This document shows, piece by piece, positions 9,133-18,806 of a stretch of DNA of 64,000 nucleotides. The DNA lies in the NCBI GenBank assembly GCA_018660685.1, contig JABJJW010000020.1, forward strand, positions 44,257-108,256. Direction: 5' to 3'. Position 1 is the first letter of the stretch, and each line of letters opens with the position of its first letter. A model generated the notes under the pieces. It saw nothing but the letters and a program-made list of their open reading frames with translations. It did no database searches and was not told the DNA's origin. The stretch comes from Flavobacteriales bacterium. Its GTDB lineage: Bacteria > Bacteroidota > Bacteroidia > Flavobacteriales_G > Salibacteraceae. The position numbers and the translations under genes are program-made.

Positions 9133-10899
9133 ATGGTAATTTTGGTTGTCGTGATCAAATTATTTTCACATCTACTCGCCTTTCTGACCTTGTTCATGCC
9201 AATAGGAGCAATGACTCAGGTGGTATTTGACCAAACCAATGGGATGATCAACCTTGGAATCGCTTCGCAAGACTTTGAGGTTGCTAATAATGGTTACGAC
9301 TGCGAGGCCGCGGACGATTTCACTATTCCCTCAGGAATGAATTGGACGATCGATAGTGTGGAAATCTTTGGACAATACTCTAATCTCAGCGATAGCACAG
9401 GACTTAGGCTTCGCTTCTATGAAGATGACAACAGCAGCCCGGGTGACCTAGTTTATGAGAAAGAATGGTCGTCAAACGTGGACCCAGATGGAGACGGAAA
9501 CGTCATGATCACCTTTGATTGCCCATTTCAGCTGGCGGGAGGAACTTATTGGATGAGCGCCCAAGCGATTAAACCCCTAGTTGGGGGTGGGCAATGGTAT
9601 TGGTTGCGCGATTCAATTGGCAATGGCGATGTGTTTCAATGGAAAAACCCGCCCGGTGGATTTGGAACGAGCTGTTTTTCTTTTACTCCAATCAATGTCT
9701 GCGCAACAAGCATAATTGAGCCAGGCACGGCCTTCAAGTTGTATGGGTGCGATGGGGGGCCGGATATTGATCTGTTGCCTCCTGACACTGTGATTTGCGC
9801 AAATGATGATTATGAGTTGTCTGTGGATACGAGCGCTTCTGCAGGACACACATTTCTCTGGAGCACGGGTGACACACTTCAATCCATTGTTGCAGACTCC
9901 TCCCGTTCGTATCGCGTATCGGTCACTGATACCTCATCGGGTTGTTATACCGTGAGATGTGCTCAAATTGACGTCGTTCACATACCAGACCCTGCAATAG
10001 TTGACGATACGATTTGTGAGTTTGGTGGGCCGGCTTCAGTGACATTTTTCAGCACTATATGTCCGAACTGTGTCAACATTTGGAATGAATTGGACACCAA
10101 CAACATCCTTTACAGCCACACAGAAGAAGGGCTGGTTACTAAGCGTGTGCTCGACACGATCGTTGGGTGCTTTGAGGTTGATACAGCATTCATTGAGCTG
10201 GAAGATGTTCCCCTTGAATTTTTTCCTGGAGCCGAGAATCAAATTTGTTTGGGAGACAGTTTGGCTTTGTCTGCTACTGCGGGCTATGAGTCATATTTAT
10301 GGTTTGAATTCATCAACCCTGGGTGGACGCCATACTCCGATAGCATATCAATTGAACTTCAATCAACGGGTCAGTTTCGCCTCCTGGTTACGTCTGCGTT
10401 CGGATGCCAAGCCTCGGATACAGCTTCACTTACAGTTAATTCGAACCCATTTCCAGTACTACAGTCAAGTTGGTTGGGAGACAGTCTTTTCCTGTTCACC
10501 AGTGAAGATTATGATTATTACTTATGGTCTGATGGGAGCGTAGATAGTGTGTTCTCTCCAGATTCTAACGGGATATATTCTGTCTTGGTGACCGACTCCA
10601 ATGGCTGTATGTCGACGGATGAAATCGCGGTCCTAAACGTATCTATCACGGGGCCTGCAGTCAACAGGTTAATGTTTTTTCCAAATCCTGCAGACAATCG
10701 AGTATTTATTCATGCCGAAACCACAAAAGGGTTTGGCACGCTTCGCTTGATCGATATTCAAGGGAATGTCCACTTGGAGCGTGTTATGAGCCATCGTGCT
10801 ATAGAATTACAATTGCAGAACATCCCTGCAGGCCTGTATGTTATTCAGCTAAATTCAACTGAAGGGCAAGTGGTTAAGCCCTTGATGGTCAACCATTAG
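9133..10899 (+). CDS. T9SS-secreted protein, paralog 1 of 3 (unassigned N-terminal domain, Cys-bearing beta modules, type-A sorting domain)
   Basis: 588 aa. N-domain blocks ASQDFE, YDCEAADDFTIPSG, GTYWMSAQA and QWYW. Modules of the type YLWSDGS...GIYSVLVTDSNGC. C-terminal FPNPADNRVFIH...LYVIQL. Confidence 0.8.
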   Translation: MVILVVVIKLFSHLLAFLTLFMPIGAMTQVVFDQTNGMINLGIASQDFEVANNGYDCEAADDFTIPSGMNWTIDSVEIFGQYSNLSDSTGLRLRFYEDDNSSPGDLVYEKEWSSNVDPDGDGNVMITFDCPFQLAGGTYWMSAQAIKPLVGGGQWYWLRDSIGNGDVFQWKNPPGGFGTSCFSFTPINVCATSIIEPGTAFKLYGCDGGPDIDLLPPDTVICANDDYELSVDTSASAGHTFLWSTGDTLQSIVADSSRSYRVSVTDTSSGCYTVRCAQIDVVHIPDPAIVDDTICEFGGPASVTFFSTICPNCVNIWNELDTNNILYSHTEEGLVTKRVLDTIVGCFEVDTAFIELEDVPLEFFPGAENQICLGDSLALSATAGYESYLWFEFINPGWTPYSDSISIELQSTGQFRLLVTSAFGCQASDTASLTVNSNPFPVLQSSWLGDSLFLFTSEDYDYYLWSDGSVDSVFSPDSNGIYSVLVTDSNGCMSTDEIAVLNVSITGPAVNRLMFFPNPADNRVFIHAETTKGFGTLRLIDIQGNVHLERVMSHRAIELQLQNIPAGLYVIQLNSTEGQVVKPLMVNH

Positions 10900-10985
10900 A
10901 ATTCTCCGATGAACAACGGATATTTGGTGATGAACGCCGAATATGTTGAATGATTCTGTACATTCATGGCACAATCTAATTTACT

Positions 10986-12719
10986 ATGGTGAGAACTCTA
11001 CTTTCATTTTTGACCATTCTAGCGATTGGCACTTTAAACGCACAGACGCTGCTTGTGGATCAAACCGCAAGCCCAGCGGGTCAAGGATCCGCCTCTCAGG
11101 ATTTTGAAACAACGTATAACACATACGACTGTATGCAGGCCGACGATTTTGAAATTCCAAATGGGGAAGCTTGGCAGATTGACTCAGTTAGAATTATTGG
11201 CACCTACAGCTCCGGAGCTGTGACTACCTCTGGTCTCGTTGCGCGATTTATGAATAATCACGTGAACAACAAGCCTGGTTCTTTGGTCTGGGACACGATC
11301 ATATCCGCAAATATGGATCCGGATGGAGACGGAACAATCGTAGGCGACATTAGCAACGATCCGTTGACTCTCGGTCCTGGAACCTATTGGCTCGGCGCAT
11401 CAGCCCGCAAAGATTTTGCTGGCGGTGGCGGACAATGGTTTTGGTCACACGACAATGACTCGGTATTAAGTGACATTCACTGGAGGAACCCAAGTACTGG
11501 TTTTGGAAATGGATGTGCGAACTGGGGAAAGTCTGAAAATTGTTTAAGCACAGTTGCACCAGCAGCTATGTACCAGGTATACGGCTGCAAAATAGTCGGG
11601 GTCGGCGCCATCGGTGAAGACACTTCGTTTTGTGAAGGGGGCTCGGTGACATACGATGTGACTTCAACAGGAGCGACATCATATGTATGGAGCACAGGCG
11701 CTACAACTTCTTCCATAACCACGGACTCAACTGGAACTTATTCTGTCACCATTACATTCAGTGGAGGTTGTATCTCTGAGGTAGTTCAAACGGTGAATGT
11801 GACTGTGAATACAGAATATCCTGTGGTTCTCGAGGATGATACGATTTGCGCAGGAGGTAGTCCCGCGACATACGTAGCGCCGAACTGTGGAAATTGCACC
11901 TGGGTTTGGCATGACAGTACTACCGCAGCCTTTTACACCACGACTCAACAGGGTTGGGTATCAATAACAGTGACCGATGCGAGTGGATGTGCGGGTACGG
12001 ACAGTGCGTATGTAACCGTGGAGGAGCCTGACGTACAAATTGCCCAAGGCGATTCATTAGACCTTTGCGCGGGTGACACCTTAACTCTTTCTACAGTAAA
12101 TGCATTTGCCGAATATGATTGGTCAATTGACAATGGCTCAGGCTGGGTGTATATGGGTGATTCTGCCGTTATCGGAGCAACCGAAGGGGGGTTTTATTTG
12201 GTGGAAATCACAACAGATGCAGGCTGTTTGGCCTCAGATACCATAATTGTTTATGAGAGACAACTTCCTATTGTCAACATCACGCAGAGCTGGACCAATG
12301 ACTGGAGGGTGAAATTAAATGCTGGAGCCGGATTCGTATTCTATGAATGGAGTAATGGGAAGACAAGCCAAACAATCAATACGAGCACAAACAAGACTTA
12401 TACAGTGACAGTAACGGATGAATATGGCTGTCAGGGAACTGACCAAATCGTGGTCATCGTTGCGGGCGCAGAAGATTTGACGGATAAGGGCATCAGGGTC
12501 TTCCCAAATCCAAGTTCGGACATTGTAAACGTTGTACTTCCTCCCAACAGCGAGTTTGGAACTGTGCGCATTATCGATGCACTTGGAAGAGAGGTAACGA
12601 GTTTGACAATGATCAAATCTGCAGCTCAAATAGATGTTTCTATGCTTGAGCCCGGAGCCTATCAATTGGCGATCAATGTAGATCGCAAAGATCATTTCGT
12701 GACGCTTTTGATAGAATAG
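10986..12719 (+). CDS. T9SS-secreted protein, paralog 2 of 3
   Basis: 577 aa with a signal peptide and the same N-domain blocks (ASQDFE, YDCMQADDFEIPNG, GTYWLGASA, QWFW). Four ~65-aa modules. C-terminal VFPNPSSDIVNV...AYQLAI. Confidence 0.8.
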   Translation: MVRTLLSFLTILAIGTLNAQTLLVDQTASPAGQGSASQDFETTYNTYDCMQADDFEIPNGEAWQIDSVRIIGTYSSGAVTTSGLVARFMNNHVNNKPGSLVWDTIISANMDPDGDGTIVGDISNDPLTLGPGTYWLGASARKDFAGGGGQWFWSHDNDSVLSDIHWRNPSTGFGNGCANWGKSENCLSTVAPAAMYQVYGCKIVGVGAIGEDTSFCEGGSVTYDVTSTGATSYVWSTGATTSSITTDSTGTYSVTITFSGGCISEVVQTVNVTVNTEYPVVLEDDTICAGGSPATYVAPNCGNCTWVWHDSTTAAFYTTTQQGWVSITVTDASGCAGTDSAYVTVEEPDVQIAQGDSLDLCAGDTLTLSTVNAFAEYDWSIDNGSGWVYMGDSAVIGATEGGFYLVEITTDAGCLASDTIIVYERQLPIVNITQSWTNDWRVKLNAGAGFVFYEWSNGKTSQTINTSTNKTYTVTVTDEYGCQGTDQIVVIVAGAEDLTDKGIRVFPNPSSDIVNVVLPPNSEFGTVRIIDALGREVTSLTMIKSAAQIDVSMLEPGAYQLAINVDRKDHFVTLLIE

Positions 12720-12749
12720 ATATTTTTAAAACCTAACCTAGAAATGTAG

Positions 12750-12785
12750 AGAGGCGGTCCGTAGTGGCTGCCTCTTTTATTTTAT
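12750..12785 (+). terminator. Intrinsic terminator after paralog 2
   Basis: 8-bp stem AGAGGCGG/CTGCCTCT (one G-T pair) at 12750-12757 and 12768-12775, followed by TTTTATTTTAT. Confidence 0.6.
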
Positions 12786-12792
12786 AAAAAGG

Positions 12793-12800
12793 TAGTTTTG
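12793..12800 (+). promoter_or_regulatory. -7 box TAGTTTTG, 7 nt upstream of the paralog 3 ATG
   Basis: Exact TAnnTTTG match. Lies directly after the terminator. Confidence 0.35.
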
Positions 12801-12807
12801 AAACGAT

Positions 12808-14523
12808 ATGAAATTAGCGCTCTCCTTGGTCGTCACTTTTTTCCTTTTTGGAGCTCAGTCTAGTTACGCTCAACAACCCCTGCATGATCAAACTATTAGT
12901 ACAGTTGGGACAGCCGTCGCTTCTCAGCACTTCGAAAGCACTAATTCGACATATGATTGCATGGCGGCGGATGATTTCACCATTCCGTCGGGCGAACAAT
13001 GGCATATAGACTCAATAGTAGCTCGGGGTCACTACGTTGTGCCTACCGGACAACCTCTTCCCGGGGCTGGAATCATAGTGCATATCTATGAAGACGGAGG
13101 TGGTTATCCTGATTCATTGATTTATTCAGACACCAACCTCATGAATGTCGATTTGAATTTCAACGGAATTTTAGTGGCTCGATTTTCTTCACCATTGATC
13201 CTTGACCCAGGCCAATACTGGGTTGGCATTTCAGCCAGAAAGGATGCCGGATCAACCTCCACGCAATGGGAATGGTTTAATAGCTCATCAAATCTTGGTG
13301 ATACTGCTCACTGGGCAAATCCAGGAAATGGATTTGCTCTTGGATGCACATCATACGCCAAGCTCTCTGCTTGTCTAGCTAATTTCTTCCCGGGTATGTC
13401 CTTCAGTGTTCATGGATGCCCACTGGCGCCCCCAGAGATCATAGGTCTTGCGAGTAGTGCGACAATATGCACCAATGAGCCATTAACCGTCATGGTTTCA
13501 ACTAACGTCAGTATTCCGGTGTGGAGTTGGAGCTCTGGAGAGTCCGGAGACTCGATTGTGGTGAATCAAACAGGCCAGCATGTCGTGTCATGTAAAGACT
13601 CACTAACGGAGTGCGTGACCATGGATACCATTAATGTATTTGCAATTGAAGCTCCGGGGTTTGAAATCTTAGATGATACAGTCTGCGATGGAGACACCTT
13701 AACCATGATGGTGCAAACGTGTAGTGGATGTACATATGCTTGGTCGTCAGGCTCTTCGACAAGCTCAGCTCAGATAATAAGCGGAGGCCTGGTCTCTGTA
13801 ACTGTTACAGAAGGAATTTTTGGCTGTAATGAATCGGATTCAGCTCAAGTTGATCTGATCATTGTGGATTCTGTGGAATTTGGAGTCGATTACCCCCTCG
13901 TCCTTTGTGAAGGAGACAGCTTAGTTGTCCCACTTAATTCCACATACGAGAGCTACCAATGGAGCACCGGAAGCACTACTAATGAAATTTGGGCGTCGGA
14001 AGCAGGTACATATACCGTTACCGTATCAATTGGCGAATGCACCGAACAGGGAGAGCTAGATGTATTTGCTGCGCCAAATCCAAATCCAAATATCGGATAC
14101 ATGGAAGATGGAGGGCTGGATGTGCTTTATGCTGATTCAGGATTCGTATTCTATCAATGGTCAACAGGGTCGGCTACTCAGTCCATAATCGTAGACCTTT
14201 CCGCAGCCTACTCAATTACGGTAACGGATAGCAATGGATGCGAAGGTTCTGCGTTATTTGAGTACACAGTCGGTATTCCTGATCTAGATGACAACTTCAA
14301 GCACTATCCAATCCCGGTGACACAAACACTCACAGTGGAGCTAAATAATTCTTTTGTGGAGGAGATCATGATTTTCTCACTTTCAGGCAAACTTGAGAGA
14401 AGTGTTGATGCGAAAGGGCGGACGTTACAAATTGATTTAAGTGACCTTATCCCTGGACAGTACATCTTGAGCTACAAGCTGTATAATGGCAATGCAAAGC
14501 AATTTGTGATTGACAAGTTGTAG
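12808..14523 (+). CDS. T9SS-secreted protein, paralog 3 of 3
   Basis: 571 aa with a signal peptide and N-domain blocks ASQHFE, YDCMAADDFTIPSG, GQYWVGISA and QWEW. Modules such as YQWSTGSAT...YSITVTDSNGC. C-terminal sorting domain YPIPVTQTLTVEL...QYILSY. Confidence 0.8.
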   Translation: MKLALSLVVTFFLFGAQSSYAQQPLHDQTISTVGTAVASQHFESTNSTYDCMAADDFTIPSGEQWHIDSIVARGHYVVPTGQPLPGAGIIVHIYEDGGGYPDSLIYSDTNLMNVDLNFNGILVARFSSPLILDPGQYWVGISARKDAGSTSTQWEWFNSSSNLGDTAHWANPGNGFALGCTSYAKLSACLANFFPGMSFSVHGCPLAPPEIIGLASSATICTNEPLTVMVSTNVSIPVWSWSSGESGDSIVVNQTGQHVVSCKDSLTECVTMDTINVFAIEAPGFEILDDTVCDGDTLTMMVQTCSGCTYAWSSGSSTSSAQIISGGLVSVTVTEGIFGCNESDSAQVDLIIVDSVEFGVDYPLVLCEGDSLVVPLNSTYESYQWSTGSTTNEIWASEAGTYTVTVSIGECTEQGELDVFAAPNPNPNIGYMEDGGLDVLYADSGFVFYQWSTGSATQSIIVDLSAAYSITVTDSNGCEGSALFEYTVGIPDLDDNFKHYPIPVTQTLTVELNNSFVEEIMIFSLSGKLERSVDAKGRTLQIDLSDLIPGQYILSYKLYNGNAKQFVIDKL

Positions 14524-14539
14524 CCTTAAATAATCTGCT

Positions 14540-16039
14540 ATGCGAACTGGACTATCCATTTTATTGATGCTGCTTTTTACTGTTCCGGTGATCGCGCAGG
14601 AATCGGATTCCACATTTTCTAAGTACATCGAAAACACGGTCAAGAAGTTTGACTTACCCTCACTCTCGGTGGGTGTTTTGAAGGATGGAAAAGTCATTTA
14701 CTCTAAGGGGTTTGGTAAAAAAACAGCAGACGCGAAGTTGTCTCCAGACAAGCAGACCATGTATGCCATTGCCTCGCTTTCAAAGGCGTTCACCGCGGCG
14801 GCAATGGGAATGTTGGTAGACGAAGGGAAAGTTAATTGGGATGACAAGGTCAAAGATCATTTGCCGTGGTTTGAAATGAATGACACCTACGTATCCGAGA
14901 ACCTAACCGTCGAGGACTTGCTCTGTCACCGAAGTGGTTTGATCACCTTCGATGGGGACCTACTTTGGTACGGCTCGTCGTATTCAAGAGAAGAGACAGT
15001 TAGGCGCATTCGGCATAGAGAACCCACGTATGGGTTTAGGGAGGAATTTGGCTATCAAAACATCATGTTTATGACCGCGGGAGAGGTCATTGAGGCTGCT
15101 TCCGGCATGAGCTGGGACGACTTTGTGAAAACAAGAATTCTGAATCCGCTGGGCATGAAGCGTACGACCTCTTCCTTTCAAGAGTTTTCGACTGATCTGA
15201 ATATTGCTAAGCCTACCCTAAAAGGGAAAGAAATTTTAATGTTGAGTTATGACAATTGCGGGGCAACTGCTGCGCTTAGCTCCTCATCGGAAGACATGCT
15301 TCGCTGGGCACAGTTCTGGTTGAACGGTGGCGTTGTAAACGGAGACACCCTCTTACAACCATCCACGATAAAAAGAATTTGGTCTGTTCACACAACACTG
15401 CCAGTTGGAAAATTTGATGAAAAAAACGGCACCCACTTCAAAGGATATGGAATGGGCTGGTTCGTCATGGATTATGAGGGTCGAAAGGTTATCCATCACG
15501 GAGGTGGACTACCCGGGTATATCACAAAATTTGTGGTTGTTCCCGAAGAGAAATTGGCCATCATTGCGATGACCAACGATATGAGCTCCATACCGAGCAT
15601 GATGATGTATTCGGCCATAGACTGGTCGATGGGCAAACCATACGAACAATGGGCTCAGACATTCTACGACTTTAAAACAAAGGGGGACAAAAGAGAACTA
15701 GACATGAAGAATGATCGAGCCTCCACTCGAAATTCTGAACCAATGCTACTCCCGTTGACAGACTACGTTGGAACTTACCGCGATGATATGTATGGTGACG
15801 CGTCCGTAATCATGGGTAAGGATGGCTTGCTTATTTCATTAATCCCAACAAAGGAGCTGTTTACTGGAAAAATGTCACCATGGGATGACCATGCCTTCAA
15901 ATTTGAGCACAACGACCCATTCCTGACCTATGGCATCGCCAACTTTGACGTGGACAAGGATGTTGTCAAAGGCTTCAAAATAGATTTACCGAATTATGAT
16001 TTCCACTTTGACAAATTGGACTTTAAGAGAGTAGAGTGA
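14540..16039 (+). CDS. Serine hydrolase of the beta-lactamase/transpeptidase-like family
   Basis: 499 aa with a signal peptide, SxxK motif (ASLSKAF), a YQN-type block (GYQNIMF) and HHGGGLPGY, plus a C-terminal extra domain. Confidence 0.8.
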   Translation: MRTGLSILLMLLFTVPVIAQESDSTFSKYIENTVKKFDLPSLSVGVLKDGKVIYSKGFGKKTADAKLSPDKQTMYAIASLSKAFTAAAMGMLVDEGKVNWDDKVKDHLPWFEMNDTYVSENLTVEDLLCHRSGLITFDGDLLWYGSSYSREETVRRIRHREPTYGFREEFGYQNIMFMTAGEVIEAASGMSWDDFVKTRILNPLGMKRTTSSFQEFSTDLNIAKPTLKGKEILMLSYDNCGATAALSSSSEDMLRWAQFWLNGGVVNGDTLLQPSTIKRIWSVHTTLPVGKFDEKNGTHFKGYGMGWFVMDYEGRKVIHHGGGLPGYITKFVVVPEEKLAIIAMTNDMSSIPSMMMYSAIDWSMGKPYEQWAQTFYDFKTKGDKRELDMKNDRASTRNSEPMLLPLTDYVGTYRDDMYGDASVIMGKDGLLISLIPTKELFTGKMSPWDDHAFKFEHNDPFLTYGIANFDVDKDVVKGFKIDLPNYDFHFDKLDFKRVE

Positions 16040-17397
16040 TGAAAGGATGGATTATAGGGTTATTCCTATTAACGCTGTGCAGCCATGTAAATGCACAGAT
16101 CTGGCTTGAGGAAACGAGAATTGATACTTCAACGGTAATAACTGGGATCGAAATACCTTGGGACATGGAATGGTGGAGTGATGATACAATCGTTTTCACC
16201 CAGATAGATGGAACCATCCAGCGCTTGGCGGTGAATAGTTCGCAGCTAGAAACAATTTACACAGTACCCAGTTTAGCTAGAGAAAATCAAGCGGGTCTTA
16301 TGGGAATGCAAATGCATCCAAATTGGCCCGACACAGCCAAGTTCTATATAGCTTACACATACTATGACGGCTCGGAGATCGATCTTCGAATTGAGGAACT
16401 GATCTATGATCAATCTAATGATCAAGTGAGCGCTGGAAACGCGCTGATGGAAGATGTTACCGTGAGCAACTCAAACACTGGTTGTAGAATCCTCATCGCA
16501 GAAGACAACACGATGTATGTGACAATGGGGGATGTAAAAGACAACAGCGCTCCACAAGACCCGGCTAGCTTGAATGGCAAGGTATTGAGGATGAATCTGG
16601 ATGGGAGCGTTCCAAGTGACAATCCAAATACCGGTAGCCTTGTCTTCACACTTGGGCATAGAAACGCGCAAGGAATCGTCCAAACCCCTTCAGGGAATAT
16701 CTTCATTTCTGAGCACGGGCCATTCACGGATGATGAGATCAACCTTTTAGAAGCAGGATCAAACTATGGATGGCCATTAATCAGTGGTCCATGCAGCGAG
16801 GGCAATCAAGATTTATGCGATTCAATCGGAGCCGTCGAACCACTTCTGGATTGGACGCCAACGATCGCACCCTGCGGAATTGACTTTTATGACAATCCAG
16901 CTATTCCTGAGTGGCGAAATTCAATACTGATGGCAACGCTTAAGGATGAGCGCCTGCATGTATTGGAGTTCAATGATCTAAATCAAACCAGCTTTACCAC
17001 GGTAAGTGCGCATCTCAAGCACGTCTTTGGCAGGATTCGGGATGTTCTTGTTGCGCCGAATGGGGAAATATTTCTTGCCACGACCAACAAAGATGTATTT
17101 GGAACTCCGGGCCCTCGAGACGACAGGGTAATAAGGCTAACCCCAACGAAACACAATGGGTTGGAGGAATATAGCGCGGCCCCAATCACGGTTCATCAAC
17201 ACAATTCCAAACTATATTTTAGCGAACCAGTAATTGGAGACTTGAGCATCTGTGATTTGACTGGAAAAGTTTTGAAGCGGACGACCATGTTGAATGAGAC
17301 GACTATTGATTTTGTTCCAAGCCAACATTTCAGCGTCTTACTCGTTAGCCTGCAAGGCCCAGTTCATTCGATTAATCAGAAATTGATCATTCATTGA
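16039..17397 (+). CDS. PQQ-dependent (sGDH/sorbosone dehydrogenase-type) sugar dehydrogenase with a degenerate T9SS-like C-terminus
   Basis: Blocks GHRNAQG and SEHGPFTDDEINLLEAGSNYGWP. The ATG at 16039 shares its A with the upstream TGA. The ORF track starts it at GTG 16036. Confidence 0.8.
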   Translation: MKGWIIGLFLLTLCSHVNAQIWLEETRIDTSTVITGIEIPWDMEWWSDDTIVFTQIDGTIQRLAVNSSQLETIYTVPSLARENQAGLMGMQMHPNWPDTAKFYIAYTYYDGSEIDLRIEELIYDQSNDQVSAGNALMEDVTVSNSNTGCRILIAEDNTMYVTMGDVKDNSAPQDPASLNGKVLRMNLDGSVPSDNPNTGSLVFTLGHRNAQGIVQTPSGNIFISEHGPFTDDEINLLEAGSNYGWPLISGPCSEGNQDLCDSIGAVEPLLDWTPTIAPCGIDFYDNPAIPEWRNSILMATLKDERLHVLEFNDLNQTSFTTVSAHLKHVFGRIRDVLVAPNGEIFLATTNKDVFGTPGPRDDRVIRLTPTKHNGLEEYSAAPITVHQHNSKLYFSEPVIGDLSICDLTGKVLKRTTMLNETTIDFVPSQHFSVLLVSLQGPVHSINQKLIIH

Positions 17398-18806
17398 AAT
17401 ACCTAATCGCACCCTTATTTTTCTCATTGGCAATATGCTTCGTGGCGCGTTCTCAGGACACCTTGTACCTAGAAAACACCAAATTGGTTCATGAGGTGTT
17501 GGTGGATAAACTGACTATTCCTTGGGACATGAATTGGGGTCCCGATGGCTGGATTTGGTTTAACGAGCGCGATGGACATATATATCGTTTGCACCCAGAC
17601 ACCAAGGAGATTCAGGAAATATTCGTGGTTACGGAGACTTATCAAAGCTGGGACAACAGCGGATTTCACGCGTTTGCACTTCACCCCGAGTTTCCAATGG
17701 TTCCCTATGTCTATACGCATTACACGTATGATGAATACGGGTCAAGATTAGTTCGTTACACTTTTTCTTTTGACGAGAACACTCTCGTAAACCCCGTGGT
17801 ACTCTTAGATCAAATCCCTGGTAATTCTTCCCACAATGGAAGCCGGATTCTGTTTGACGAGAACCATAACATTCTTTTATCCATGGGCGATGCCTTTAGC
17901 AATATGGAGGCCCAAAAACTGAATTCCCTGAGCGGCAAGATACTTTGCCTTGATCAAACGGGAATGCCTTGTGAAGACAATCCATTCAACGACAACTTCA
18001 CGTACAGTTATGGCCACAGAAACCCTCAAGGACTATGCTATGGGCGTGATGGCATCATCTATTCTTCTGAGCACGGTGAGGCAACAGATGATGAGCTAAA
18101 CGTAATTGTGAAAGGCAAAAATTATGGCTGGCCTTTGATAGAAGGGTTTTGTGATTATGTCTCCGAGCAGGCAATTTGCGATACAGTTGATTTGGAGGAA
18201 CCAATTTTTATCTGGACACCTACATCGGCACCTTGCGGATTGGCTTACTTCGATCACGAATCCATTCCAGAGTGGAGGCACAGCTTGATTCAGACATTTT
18301 TAAAAGACAAGCGATTTTCAGTCTTGCCTCTGACGGACGATGGATTGGCGATTAAAGATGACGTAGAGTGGAAGATATACGAACAGCGTTTTGGGCGAAT
18401 TAGAGAAGTTTTGGTTACTCCAACTGGGCGATTGTTCATCAGCACGTCCAATGAAGAAACCAATGGCCAATGGGTGCCTAAAGATGACTATGACAAAATC
18501 ATAGAAATCATTAACCCGGATTTTGAGTACCCCGCTTTCGTCCCTGAAATCTCCTCTTTTCAGGCACAAGTTTTTCCCAATCCGGCGACTGATAATTTGT
18601 GGGTGTCACTTGACACAAAGGAGAACGAGGTCCAAATTGAAATGACAGATTTACAAGGGAACCTTGTTTACCAAGAAACAAAGTCCAATGAAATTTTTGA
18701 TGGGTTTTGGCAGTTGATCTTACCGGAATTGGAATCTGGCATCTACTCATTAAACTGCTACTACGGCTCCAATAAACTTTCGAAAAAGATCGTCATCGCT
18801 AATTAG
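17394..18806 (+). CDS. PQQ-dependent sugar dehydrogenase paralog with a T9SS type-A sorting domain
   Basis: 470 aa with GHRNPQG and SEHGEATDDELNVIVKGKNYGWP. C-terminal VFPNPATDNLWVSL...IYSLNC. TTG start as drawn overlaps the upstream stop. Confidence 0.8.
   Translation: MKYLIAPLFFSLAICFVARSQDTLYLENTKLVHEVLVDKLTIPWDMNWGPDGWIWFNERDGHIYRLHPDTKEIQEIFVVTETYQSWDNSGFHAFALHPEFPMVPYVYTHYTYDEYGSRLVRYTFSFDENTLVNPVVLLDQIPGNSSHNGSRILFDENHNILLSMGDAFSNMEAQKLNSLSGKILCLDQTGMPCEDNPFNDNFTYSYGHRNPQGLCYGRDGIIYSSEHGEATDDELNVIVKGKNYGWPLIEGFCDYVSEQAICDTVDLEEPIFIWTPTSAPCGLAYFDHESIPEWRHSLIQTFLKDKRFSVLPLTDDGLAIKDDVEWKIYEQRFGRIREVLVTPTGRLFISTSNEETNGQWVPKDDYDKIIEIINPDFEYPAFVPEISSFQAQVFPNPATDNLWVSLDTKENEVQIEMTDLQGNLVYQETKSNEIFDGFWQLILPELESGIYSLNCYYGSNKLSKKIVIAN

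Noticed and set aside
14540-16039. Calling the beta-lactamase-fold protein an antibiotic-resistance beta-lactamase
   Set aside because: Only the generic SxxK/Y.N serine-hydrolase motifs are present, together with an extra C-terminal domain. This large family is mostly esterases, amidases and peptidases, so nothing supports a resistance call.
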